A stretch of DNA of 64,000 nucleotides from contig OZ176050.1 in assembly GCA_964247055.1 (NCBI GenBank), forward strand, positions 1,860,001 to 1,924,000, given 5' to 3'. Positions within the stretch are counted from its first letter, which is position 1, and each line of letters starts with the position of its first letter. The DNA comes from Paragordius varius. Taxonomy: Eukaryota > Animalia > Nematomorpha. Made by a program: the position numbers and the translations under genes. Shown piece after piece: positions 1 to 13,305 of the stretch. The notes beneath the pieces were generated by a model that was given only the letters and a program-made list of their open reading frames with translations, did not search any database and was not told the DNA's origin.

Positions 1-1789
1 TAACAACTGTTATTAATTTGAAGTAGACTATTTTAACAGTCAATTAAATATAAAACATATAAATTAATTTAATAATTAATTAATAAAAATATTTACAGAT
101 TAGCGGCTATGATATTTATAGGAATGTTCAATTATGAAAAATGGCTATCAAATGATAGAATACGAACAAAACAATATAAATACTCGTGAACATTAACCAA
201 AAACAATATTGATCAAAATTATTATTTAAAGTACAAAATCTATTTTTATAAGCAAACATTTATAATTTATACCCATAATTCTACTTTAAATTCCATAAAC
301 ATAAAAGCCCAATTTAATTGTTTATCCGACAATTACGAGATTGTTAATTTCGATAAATTACTTAATTAGATTTATGATAAAAGGTCAACCATAAATAATT
401 ATCAGATAATCTTTTTTAGCAGGGGTGTAAAACATATGACCCTCCATTTCTAGAGCCCGTGAAAAGTAAAACACAAAATTATACGAAATCTAGGTGTAAT
501 ATAAATTTCCAATTATTAAATTAATTTTTCCGAACTCGGAAATGAACAAACAAAAATTAAAATAAATAGTAGATTTTACAGTATATTTGTAATATAATAT
601 ATGTTAGTGCCCATTTGAGAAAATTTTAATCCTAAATATCTTGATAAGGCGAATATAAAGTTTATACAATTTCAAGCTATATTCAAAAATATTTTATAAA
701 CTACAGCAAAATTAATATTTGTATATAGATTAGCGTTCGGTTTTTGAATCAAAATTAGATAAAATGAACATTATAAAAATAAGTAAAATTTATGTATAGA
801 AATTGATTTCATTCAATTTATTATATAAACATTGTTAAAATACTATATCAAATAATATATTTAACTAAAAGGATTTGATCAGTAAAAAAATATTCGACTT
901 TTCGGTCTGAATACTTCAAAATCAAAATAGCTATTAGACATCTCTTAACAATAAAATATTATAGATATACTCAATACTTAAAAATATAATTATTGCGATT
1001 TTATTGTCCTTTAAAAGCTAAATATGTTGTCCGAACATACATTCAAAAATATATTAAAAAAATCTACATTTCAAATCTTCAGCCAGGTTCTTAGGTTTTG
1101 CAAAATGGCCGAAAAGTCAATAACACTTATTTATATATATATACATATAAATAAAATGTCAGTAGCAAATCATGAAATTATTTTAGCTTCGAATTTACGT
1201 TTTAGCGAAATTTCATTTAGTTTACGAACAATATGTTATTTGAATTTTACTAATTGAATATAAAATTTATAAAAAAATTATGCTTGCAATAAAAATATTC
1301 TGCCTATATTTTATATAATATGCTTTTAAATTACCAATAGGCCCAAGAATTTGATAAAAAAGTTAGGAAATTTAAGAAATGATGAAATTCTATTAAAATA
1401 TAAAAAACAACTATTCAAATTAGGCAAATAATAATATAAAGCGAAAAAAAAATAAATGTTCAATGTTTATAAACCAAACTAATTTGCATGTTAAGAAAAT
1501 ATACGGCTTTAATAGTCAAGAGAGTTCATATCATTTTGGTTGTTAAACGGCTAAAAAATTATTTAATTTATAAGTCTATTACATCATGTACGATATTATT
1601 CATTTCTCATTTAATTAAATTTAAATTGTGGATAAAATGTACAAGAATTTAAAAATACATATAAACAATTCAGATTAAATTAATATCTAATATATACCAA
1701 GGATACATCTTTTAAATTTTATTAACATAACTATTTTTTATTTTATCAACAAGAATAAATAAATTATAAAAACTAATTTTTTCACTTAA

Positions 1790-3684
1790 CACTTCAATTC
1801 AATTTGGGGTATCTAAATACCCCAGATTAAATTTGAATTAATATTTTAAAAAAACTACTGAAGAAAACGGCCCCAATTTAAATTTATGCTTCTATACCAT
1901 TTTTCATGCAAAAACATCATTTTTTCAACCAAATGCAACATTTTTTCAACCAAACTCAACATTTTTTCAAGCAAACGCAACATTTTTTCAAGCAAAGACA
2001 ACATTTTTTCGAGCAAACGCAACATTTTTTCAAGCAAAGACAACAATTTTTCATCCAAACGCAACATTTTTTCAAGCAAACGCAACATTTTTTCAACCAA
2101 ATACAACATTTTTTCATCCAAACGCAACATTTTTTCAACCAACGACAACATTTTTTCAAGCAAAAACAACAATTTTTTTAAAATAAAAAACCATTTTTTT
2201 ATTTTTAGACATATTAATTTTAAAGTTAATGTAAATTAATTTTAGCGTAGAATTATGATTATTATTGTTTTATCATCAATATTTGATGGTATGATTGATT
2301 TTCAAACATTTTAATTGAGCCCATAAATTGCATTATTTATTTGTATTAATTATTTTTTTCTTTTACAACTTTAGTTTTACCTAATCAATCTATACTGCGC
2401 TTCAAGATTGTTCTTTATTTAAAGTTAGCCCTAGTACACTATAAGTTGGTCCTTCAATATTTTAATTTTGATTCTAACGTTTATTAATGTAGAAAATATT
2501 CATTATTCAATCATTTAAACCTATTTTTTTATTTAACCTATACCTTTAAGTGAATACATTTCTTTCATAAGAACCGTATATCCTTATTATTTTCTATAAA
2601 TTAATATTAAAAATATCTACGTGTGGGTTATTAATGGTAATATTTGGTTTAAAACAATAATAAATTTACAATATTGATGAAAAGAAAATTTTAAAACAAA
2701 GTTGTTTTACTATGATAATATTAATTTTGATTCAAAAAATAAATAGAGAAAAAAATAGATAATTACACACAAAAATAACGGTTTATAAAAACTGCAAAAA
2801 ATGTAAGGAATTTTAGGCGAAGGATATCTTTTAATTTTTAAAGAGAGTCTTAAAGCGCAAATTGTATTGATTGATGAAAAAAAATATTTTTAAATAAATA
2901 ATGCAATTTATGGGAATTAAAATGTTTGAAAATCAATCATACCATCAAATATTGATGATAAAACAATAATAATCATAATTCTACGCTAAAATTAATTTAC
3001 ATTAACTTTAAATTTAATATATCTAAAAATATGGTTTTTTATTTTAAAAAAATTGTTGTTTTTGCTTGAAAAAATGTTGTCGTTGGTCGAAAAAATGTTG
3101 CGTTTGGATGAAAAAATGTTGTATTTGGTTGAAAAAATGTTGCGTTTGCATGAAAAAATGTTGCGTTTGGATGAAAAATTGTTGTCTTTGCTTGAAAAAA
3201 TGTTGCGTTTGCTCGAAAAAATGTTGTCTTTGCTTGAAAAAATGTTGCGTTTGCTTGAAAAAATGTTGAGTTTGGTTGAAAAAATGTTGCATTTGGTTGA
3301 AAAAATGATGTTTTTGCATGAAAAATGGTATATCTAAATGAAAATTATATATATGTGCCAAAATATCTTGATAAAATTTTGCTTGGAAAAAAAAGTTCCA
3401 TCTCAAATTACTTCGACGCCATTTTTATTTTACAAAATTTTTGCAAAATATGGTCTTCATTTAATTTTAAGGGTAAAACTAGAGCTAATTTTTTATATAA
3501 ATAACATCTAACATTGATAGAAAACAAAAAAGCGGTTTATTTTGTATTATTTCTTAATTTTAGAATTCGACACATATCACGTTGACCAAATTTTTACCTT
3601 TTGGTTTTAGCTTAAAATAAGTAATATCAAGTATATTTGAATAAATATTTTTATATATTTCGGTTTTTTAATGTTATTTAAGTG
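1790..3684. mobile_element. Family E copy interrupted by the family A foldback
   Basis: TTAA|CACTTC start and AAGTG|TTAA end. The sequence on both sides of 1895-3330 is collinear with 20402-20967. Confidence 0.7.
1895..3330. mobile_element. Foldback element, family A (young copy)
   Basis: Starts TACCATTTTTCATGCAAAAAC and ends GTTTTTGCATGAAAAATGGTA. TA is duplicated at 1893-94 and 3331-32. Each arm has ~13 copies of the 21-bp unit GCAACATTTTTTCAAGCAAAC and the arms are nearly identical. The uninterrupted homologous site (CTTCTATCC) is visible in other family-E copies near 20500 and 63700. Confidence 0.9.
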
Positions 3685-5123
3685 TTAATATCCAACTTTA
3701 GTTGTAAAGGGCTTTTAGTAGTAAAAGAAGGTTGGGATTTTTGTCGTTTCGATTAGGTATATTAAATATATCCCTTTTTACACAATTCTCAAAAGGAATA
3801 TCCAAACATATAAAAGTTTTTATTTATCTGATCCTTACTCAAGCAATATGATATCATAATGGAAATTAATTATTATTCAATCTTTTCCATATTAGAATTT
3901 AGTATATTAGTAACTGGTTGGAAACACTTGTTTGATCGACTGACATAATATATATATATATATATATATATAGTAACCTTCAAACGTAAAAAACCAAATT
4001 AAGATATGAACTAAAATTTAAATAAAGTAAAAATATTTAATGAGATATGAAACTAAAAAACATGTGTGTATTGTTATTAATAAAAAATCGTAATGTTATT
4101 AATATTGTTAAAACCCTTCTTTCTGTTCATTATATTTAGTCCTCTTTTGTTTATTGAAATTTTTAGCGATTTAACATAACATTCGAAATTTTTAAAATTT
4201 TAAATATAGAACCATGTGTGTCATATCATTCAAAAGAGCCGTGAAGGCTATGTTGTGAAGGGGATTGTGGAGTCTTGTGCAGACTGAAACTGTCAAGTAA
4301 TTGATTTTGTTTCACCTTTACTGATACTGAAGAGCGCAAAAAACTGAATTTATCGAATGGTAGTTCATTTAATCAATCTGATGTAAAAGTTATTTGGCTT
4401 ATTTTAAAATTTAAAAATTTTGAACATTAGTTAGTGTAACTAAATATTAAACCGGTATTGAGAATTTATTAGATAAGAAAAATATATTTGGAAAGTTTTA
4501 ATTTAAAAGGTGTTAATAATCTCACGATGTAAATGATAATAATAATTTTGATTATTTTTATATAGTTCATTCATTGGCTTGGGTCCTGGTAATATATTTT
4601 AATATAAGTTTTTTAGTTAATTAATTAAAAATCAATTTCAAATAAATATCTCATTTTTATTGAATATATTTTTGTTCAATTGTGTGATAAAATGAGTTTA
4701 TTTAAAATAACATGCTTGTGTTATCTTTTTAAGACATTCATTGCCATCTATACAAAGTTTGACCCATCCATTAGTTTTTAAATTATATTAATTAAGAAAA
4801 ATATCGAGAGTTTGTCGCTTCCTATATCAAATATTAACTAACGATGGAATATAAAGTATGCATTTTATAGAGTTTTTATTACTCTTTCGAATGATATATT
4901 ACGAATGGGCATCTGTTGCATATTCAATGCAAAAACATTTATAAATAAAATTTGATAAAAATTAAATTCAGGTGCTTTTATTATTATATGAGATTTGCTG
5001 TTAAAATGATTTATCAGAAAAACTCGAGTCGCAAAAAAATTTCTTGTCTAGTGTAATTAATCGTAGTTATACATAATGTTGAAATAATAAAAATGAAAAA
5101 ATTCGTTTTTTTAATATCACTAA

Positions 5124-5773
5124 TTTTTACAAATATATGTTGGTGATGATAATGTTGAATTTGATCCGTTGCAATGACTTTACCAATGTTAAGAGGCCAA
5201 TTATATATGAGTTACAGGGACTATCAGCAAATGACTTGGTGAAGTTGTTTAAAACAGCAAAATATATGATGCCATCTAATACATATATCATGCCGAAAAA
5301 ATTCTTCATGGCGAGCATGGAACCTAAATATAATGCTCCTACAATGGATGAGGTGGCGATGTTATAAATGGAGATCAATTTTATTCAATCAATATATTAA
5401 TTCACCTAGAAAATGGTTTAGAGACTCATAGATGTTATGATCCGTTACATTATCCACTAATATTCTGGATGGTACAGATTGATATATTTTAATTTTAGAT
5501 GATTTATACTATCACTAAAGAAGAAATTAATAAAAAATGTAGCGCAATGAAATATTATTCGTATGTATTAATGTCAGGATATTCATTCATAATTTAAGAT
5601 GCAGACATTTGACCAATACATTGTAGATATGTATGCAATAGAAACAACGTACGTTACATCTTCGGTTAAATCAGGCTAAACTTCGTTGTGTAATACATAC
5701 ACCTACGAGATGCTATAATTAATGAAATATCAACGATATTGGGAGATATAGAATACTACCATCTTCATACAAG
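5124..5773 (+). mobile_element. Helitron RepHel relic
   Basis: Frameshifted Helitron motifs: FLQIY.GD, LVKLFKTA, YNAPT.DEVA, ETHRCYDPLHYPL, SAMKYYSY.LM, QYIVDMYA, LRLNQAKLR, IHLRDAI, LPSSY. Truncated by the family B foldback. Confidence 0.8.
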
Positions 5774-6351
5774 TTGTTCCTTGAACACTTCAAGTTGGTC
5801 CTTTGACTTACTTGTTTTGTTTTTAACTTTTATCAATCAAATCGCAAATAATTCATCTATTTTATTGTATTTAACCTATTTTCTATCATAAATTTTAAAT
5901 CGATATAAGCTTTTAATCTTTGAGAAACCGGATATCGTTATTAATTTCTGAAATAATTTTGGATTCTATGAGATTTTAACATGAAATGAAAAAAAATTAA
6001 ATTTTTTTATTAATTTATAATAAAAACATTTGAAAGTCAATAATTTTGTTCAATTGAAAAAAAAATAGTTTTAAACAAAAAGGATTTTCAATAAAAAATT
6101 TATTTTTAAATGAATAAATATATAATAAATAAAAGAAATTTATGTTAATAAATAATAAAATATAAATATAAATACAAAAATGATTAAATCAATAAATAAA
6201 AAATTTAAGGACAACTTGATGTTTTCAAGGACCAACTTGAAATGTTCAATGACGAACTTGAACTATTCCAACTTGATCTGTCAAGTACCAACTTAAACTG
6301 TTCAATAACCAACTTGAAATGTTATAGGACACTCTTGCAGTGCAAACGGTA
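5771..6351. mobile_element. Family B foldback, left terminus lost
   Basis: B units at 5771-5810 and an inverted array at 6205-6335. Right terminus GCAGTGCAAACGGTA|TA. The core resembles 41760-42180. Confidence 0.75.
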
Positions 6352-7352
6352 TACTTTAAAAATATATAACATACGCATCAACACTCAAAAACTTTGCTCT
6401 TAAAAATAGGATATTGGTTCCCAGTGGACAAAATTATTTTTTATACATTATCCCAGTAAGACTACATCAAAATATACAGATAGGTTGATAATCTCTTTCA
6501 TATCCGATTACAAAGATATTAAAAATTAATGTGTAGCATAAGCAATACTCAAATTAAATTTTGCTCTTAAAAATCGGATATCACTCATAAATAAAATTAT
6601 TTATTATACATTATATTAGTAAGTCTACATCAAAATATACAGATAGTTTAATTAACTCTTTCATATCAGATTTTTACAACGATACTTTAAAAATTAATTT
6701 GCAAACGCATCAATACTCAAATTAAACTTAGCCGGACAAAATTATTTTTTATATATTACTACATCAACATATACAAATATTTTGAAAATCTCTTTCATAT
6801 CCGATTTTTACAAAGATACTTTAAAAATTAATGTGTAGCATAAGCATCAATAGTCAAATTAAACTTTGCGCTTAAAAATGGGATATTATTCCCAAATGGA
6901 CCAAATAATTTTTATACATTCTCTTATAAGACTACATCAAAATATACAGATAGTTTGAATAACTCTTTCATATCAGATTTTTACAACGATACCCTAAAAA
7001 TCAATGCGTAGCATACGCATCAATACTAAAATTAAACTTTGCCCTTAAAAATCGGATATTGATCCCCAATGGACAAAATTATTTTTATACATTCTCTTAG
7101 TTAGACCACCATAAAATATACAGTTGATAATCTTTTTTATATCCAATTTTTACAACGATGCTTTAAAAATTAATGTGTCGCATACGTATCAATACTCAAA
7201 TTAAACTTTACCCTTAAAAATAGGATATTGCTCATAAATGGAAAAATTATTTTTTATACATTACCTTAGTAAGACTACTAAAAATACACAGAGATGATTT
7301 ATCCTTTCATATCCGATTTTTACAAGGATACTTTAAAAATTAATGTGTATAG
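6352..7352. repeat. Tandem satellite, ~170-bp monomer, about 6 copies
   Basis: The motif GATACTTTAAAAATTAATG..GCAT..GCATCAATACTCAAATTAAACTTT recurs near 6350, 6515, 6680, 6815, 6988, 7157 and 7327. One unit is shortened. Confidence 0.85.
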
Positions 7353-10300
7353 CTTTAACCTATATAACCCTGTTCATGTATAATTTTAGATTCTGTTAAT
7401 CATAATGACCAAGAGACTAAATACAAGACACGCAGCATTTATTATAAGAGCTGTGGTCATAAACACTGTCTTAAATTCAGTTTAGATACTTAACCGCCAG
7501 ATGCTATACTAGTAATATAGTATTCTATCAACAATGTTAGGTCTAACGTTCTTCCCTTTGCATATTGCCATAAAAATTTTATTCCACTAACTATAGTGAC
7601 TCGAATGAGATTAGGCCACAAAATCAAAAAAAACATTTATAAATTTCTAAAAACTTTCTAAAAATCTATAATGATATATTCCCATGCTAAATGTATTGCA
7701 TTTTTTGATGTAATGAGGATAAAACTATTCATCAAGGTTTTGCCGCACCGTATGTTTTTGCATTTTGTGTTAACTTGCTATGGAAAGGCCAAAACAAAAA
7801 AAAATAGGGCGCCAATAAGATTTTTTAAAAATTTGATTATTTATTTTGATTTAAAAAACAATTCCTCGTTATGTTCAAATATTTAAACGAACAAGTTAAT
7901 ACAAGTGAGATTCCACAGGCAAGTGTTTCATTTTAATTTAATACAAAAATTTAAAAATGATCCAAATAAATTTTGCATGTGTGGCGGTAAAATTATATAT
8001 AAGAAAAATAATTTACGGATATCGAGGTTAACACTGGAAAACTTTTTATATATTGTGATCAAAATTAATAATGACAGTGAATGGACCCCCCAAAAAATAT
8101 GCGATTTTAAATGCATACAATAAATGATTATATAATTTATTAAATATAAATATATCAATATATATTGAAAAAAATGGTGTAATATAATAAACTTTTATTT
8201 TTAATCATACAACATAATGTATAAGAGTTTTCGATTATCTAGTAAATGTAGCATCAATCGTAAGATGTTCGGCTACCTGCCAGTAAAGGCATTCCAGACT
8301 CACCCTTAACGCACCTTGAAGCTTCAGAACTGAACGCATGTTTGAGATTGAGTTTAGGCACATAAAAGTGAGTCTGTTAGATGTCTTCTTGTGATTAGTA
8401 TGGTTACACTCAATATATGAAATGTTAATTGCCTATTAAATTAAAACCATTATATTCACTTGATCACGTTACTATCAATACTAAAATACTTAAGTTTCCA
8501 AACATATCCAACTGTACCCTTAAATCCTAAAAAATGTACAACATAGATTCTTTATTGCGTTTTAATCATCTCTATATTCTTTTTTGTGGTCAAAGTTTAA
8601 AATTTACCGTATCCTTAACTGAAATTCAACATATAACGCATCCAATTATTTAAATCTGAAAATAACAATATCCATGATGTATAATTAGATTTTTTATTTA
8701 AAAAATTAACCGAACAGAAAAAAAAATAATTATTTATTTTAAAATTTTATTTGATTTTCCCTTTTGAAAAATTGAAAAACCCGTAGTATCTCAAAATTCT
8801 GATTTGGTGGATCAAAAATGTTTTGAACATTGAAATAACGTGGTGGTGCTCAAAAATTTGTCGACTTTTACATTAAATTTCCCGTATTTCTTATATTTTA
8901 TGCCTAACAATGCTATATGTTTTAAGTATAGAAAATTACGAATTGAAAAGATGCAATAAAATTGATATTCTTTTGGTTACATCTGTTAATAAACCACTTA
9001 TGGAGTTTTTTGTAAGATTAAAAGGGACCGATAAATGAGTATTTAAATAATTTTATTTCACTGATATAAAAACATCGATCACATAAATTATATGTTAGAC
9101 AAATATTATTTTATATATGGCAAAATGGTACACACATTGATTTATTCATAATAGATATTTCTTTCCTCGGAATATAGGCAAAGATGGGTTAGCCACAATA
9201 TATGGATTCTGAAAAAAAAAAACAAATAAATTAAGAATAATATGCCTCTATATTAAATAAAATAGAATAGAGATAAAAATCTACCGGTTTAAAAAACATC
9301 AAGGGATATGCTCGTTTAATACCCCAATTGGATGAGAAATTCACCTAAATAAATAATATAATATATTATAATATAAATCAAAATACCTGCCCCAAACATG
9401 TATCATGCGTCATATTAGTTATTATTAAAGTCAAAACAATCAAAAGAAATCTGGTTTGGGCGGTGGACATATTTAAAAATTTAAATGATATGGATATGAT
9501 TGCTACAAAAAAAATTACAGTAATGGTACAGTAATTGTATATATATATATTTATTTTATTTATTATGAAGCAAATGGAGCGCAATCAATTAAGGTCAAAA
9601 TATCATAAAGTAGAATTGTTTTTATTTTTATGTAACATGTAATTAAAAATCTTTAACGGTATATATAAGGTAAAAGAAATAAGTACCAGATATTTTCTAC
9701 TCTATTAATTTATCATCAATGTTAACTTTATAGCTAGTTAATTGGAAAATAATTAAGATCTCATGCGTCAATAAATCACCAAATAAACCTATCTCTCAAT
9801 ATATTTTAGTATAAAATCTATAGGGACAACCTTAGAGACAGAGAGTTTAAATTTCATTTGATTTAAATTGAAAAAAATCTTACAATCACGTATTTAAAGT
9901 TAAATTGGTTTCATTTATTGTGTAACCCTTATCATCGTTTTTACAAATTAATTTAATTACTTCGTTTTCCTATAACTCTAATAGATATTTTTAATATGAT
10001 GTTCTATAAATAAAGGCTTTATTATAAATGTCTATTGATTTATCTTATTAGTATATATCAAAAACTAAAAGTTAGCTAAACTATAATATAAGTCTATAGG
10101 TCAAATTTTTAATGTGCCCAGAATCATAATATTCTAAACAAAAAAAATGTTCGAAATATGTTATTCGGAACAACATACTTAGGTATTTTATAATTCCAAC
10201 ACCGATCAGTTAAGAACTATGCACTAAATAATACCGAGAGGCAAATAATTAATAGAACGAGGACACCTCCAAGTTATACGTACTCATTTAATATTGTTTT

Positions 10301-12677
10301 CATAATGAATTTCAAACTAAATATTACATTTTGCAATCGTAATGTAAATAGTAACGATAAAAACGTTTTTAATGATGTATAGACGGTAGTAGAATTTTTA
10401 TTTTATTTTTTACACCATAAACTGGTTAAGTTAACGCCGGATTTGCGTGTTAAATTTTGTCTCAAACACGGTTTTGTAGAAATAATTGGCCTAATACATT
10501 TGAAAAGAACCAGCTCTCTGGCTTCAAGCCTCGTATAAAAAATTATTTCGTTACTTGTAATTAGTTTCGGTTTTATAATAAACCCAACTGTGTATGTTTA
10601 ATTGTATTTATTACTGCTAATTATATTTTGAACAAACCCCTTTAGTAGATATTTCATAAAATATATAGTATTTTATCATTTGTTTCATTAGAATGGGTAA
10701 TTATTATTAGCTGTATACAAAATACCCATGAATTGGGGCAAGCCTAACTGATATTTGTTGCGCCATTGTCATTGTGATAGAAATTTAGAAATAAAAATTT
10801 AATATTTTCTAAATTGGAAATATTTATGTAAAACAATATTAATTCCAAAAAAAATCTTGTTTATTTAACATAAATTTGGAAAAGCCTTTTTTTAAATATA
10901 ATCCACAAAGATATTTTTTGAAAACTGTATGACGTGGAATGAATTGTTTACAATAATAGTTAGTTTAAATTTATAAGTGGATTATTCCTTAATAATTAAG
11001 GCTGGAGTAAAACAACCTCAAGAAAATTATTTAAAGAATTATCGATATATGACATTGGGTTACAGATAATTTTAGTGGCGAAATACTATATTACATAGGA
11101 ATGTTCAACACTGGATCATGTGCGACATGTGAGGCGGCCCGTATTAATTTTGAAAAATATCAAATAAAATTGATGTTCTATTTTTGACAATATTTTATAT
11201 AAATATCTTAGCTAAATTAAATACTATGATAATTTTCGCTCCAAAATATTAAGTAAGTCTTGCCTTAATACTCTATCAAAAAATATCTAATGCTTGAATT
11301 TAAAAAAAATTATTAAAGTTAATTAAATTTTTAGGCCATGCATCAACATACATCACATTTTATGCTTTGATAAAATAAAGACAAATGGTGTTCTATAATA
11401 AATAACACGCAATAGGTGAAATAAATAGTTAAATTTTCTTAATTTTTTTTCAGTATTGTGTTAAAAATATGAAAATTTATTTATTAATGTGGTTCACCTC
11501 TTTAAAGAGCAAATGCGGCCCGCCAAGTCATTTGAGCTAAACACCTTTAATTTAGCATATAATAATTTTTAGAAAAAAACAGACAAAACGTATAAACTTT
11601 TAATATTATTTTCTGACAGACCAAATTTTTTTAATCATATTTTTTAAAAACTATTTGTCACTTGGTTTGCGCTAGTTAATTTATGCTTATATGTCTAAAG
11701 CTTGAAAGTGAGACATGTGAAAGACGACTTTTATTTAAAGATGCAATAATTAAAATAAAAATAGAGAGATTGGGCGGGATTAAGACAGTAAAGTAAGTAG
11801 AAGACAGAATAAACTCGTGTAATATATGAAGTAAGAAGATAGGCCACACTTTTGAAATTTTAGCCAGGACACCATGACAATGAGGAATATATGGTTCCAA
11901 CAATACGCAAAAGACGTGATACGCATTAAAAGGTCCATATAATCAAATAAAAAAAATCTACCTTTAGTATACTAAGAACGCCTGACTACCCAGCTATCAT
12001 GAGCTTTTGCTAATAATTAGCTTTAACTAATAAATAGACATAAATATGGATGCTGGAGACACGACAACCATAACATATCAATTAGTTTAATTCAGTAATA
12101 AAAGGATTTTAAGGATTAGATACTAAACTTTGTGCAAAGGTTTTTCCAGGAACATAGGGTTAAAATGAAAAATAGCAAATAATCTAAAAACAGAGATAGT
12201 AAAAAAGCGGAAAGTAACGAAACTAAAGGGGGATTTATGTTTAAGGTTCATAATATTTTTCAACGATAAACACGGGAAGATTACGAAAAGATTCTCAACG
12301 GACTTGTTAGGGATGGGGAAATAATCTATACGAACTAATACTGTTTCGAAATTTATAATTTTGCCATGCACGCTCCATACATTAACACAATATTAATAGA
12401 TAAGGGACGCTATTTTGTATAAAGCTAACAATAGCACGAGACGAAAGAAATTATTAATCTACCAGGAAACCACAGAAAATATTGAAAAGAGAGAAATGAG
12501 AGCCAGATATAACAAGATTTAGTCCCAAAACAGATTAGAACAGACCGTGAGGTAAGATATCCCTATATAACTCATATGATTCATACCTATAACGCTACAC
12601 AATCTATGCCAAAATGTTTGGGAAAAACGTAAGTGGCCTAATGACTGCTGGGTACGATCCATTTATCTCCCCATATA

Positions 12678-13056
12678 TACCATTTACAGTTCAAATTCAC
12701 CCTCGAACAATTCAAATTCACCCTTGAACAATTCAAATTCACCCTCGAACAATTTAAATTCACCCTAAAAATAAATTATGTGTATTCGAACTAATATAAT
12801 TCATTATTAATATGATATATATATTTATGGTATAGTTTATTATTTTTTCAGTATTATTTTAATTTAAAACAAAATTTTATTTTTCAAAAAATATATTAAA
12901 ATATAGGTAATTTTTAATCTTAAAAAACATGTTATTTATTTGAGGGTAAATTTGAATTGTTCGAGGGTGAATTTGAATTGTTTAATGGTCAATTTGAATT
13001 GTTTAAGGGTCAATTTGAATAGTTTAGGGGTGAATTTGAACTGTTATTAAAAGGTG
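12678..13056. mobile_element. Foldback element, family D
   Basis: Starts TA|TACCATTTACAGTTCAAATTCACCC. The 21-bp unit AATTCAAATTCACCCTCGAAC occurs about 4 times, with an inverted array at 12940-13045. The right terminus is degenerate. Confidence 0.8.
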
Positions 13057-13305
13057 ATATAAGACATAAAAATGAAACACTAATTTACTATATCATTTAT
13101 ATATATTCCAATTTAACCAATATTTCATTTTTAGACATAAGCACAAATAGCATAGAATGGATAGTTACCCTAGCCTTATGCATATATTTTGACATGAAAA
13201 ATTATAAAATATTTTATGGATGACTGTGATTTATTTATTACTATAAATAGAATTCATTAATTCATAACAAGAATTAGTAGTCAATATTTTTTATGGTATT
13301 TCGGC

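Noticed and set aside
1905-2175. Regularly spaced repeats resembling a CRISPR array
   Set aside because: Units are directly tandem with no unique spacers, the context is eukaryotic and no cas genes are present.
1855-3406. ORFs with heptad repeats (MLRLLEK, QHFFKQT, KKCC, NIFSSKR), also at 40291-41764 and 15225-15578
   Set aside because: They are translations of the 21-bp family A unit. They are open in several frames on both strands and mirrored in the inverted arms, so they are not genes or coiled-coil proteins.
4200-5050. Exon-like segments with AG/GT borders
   Set aside because: Stops occur in all frames, and 4350-4400 resembles a dispersed repeat at ~27335-27400. No coherent protein.
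8230-8410. GC-richer ~55-codon open frame on the minus strand
   Set aside because: No recognisable family, start or consistent splice context.
11676-12560. Possible CR1/L2-like RT relic on the minus strand
   Set aside because: Only vague motif similarity, with no YADD-type or FD-box motif recognisable.
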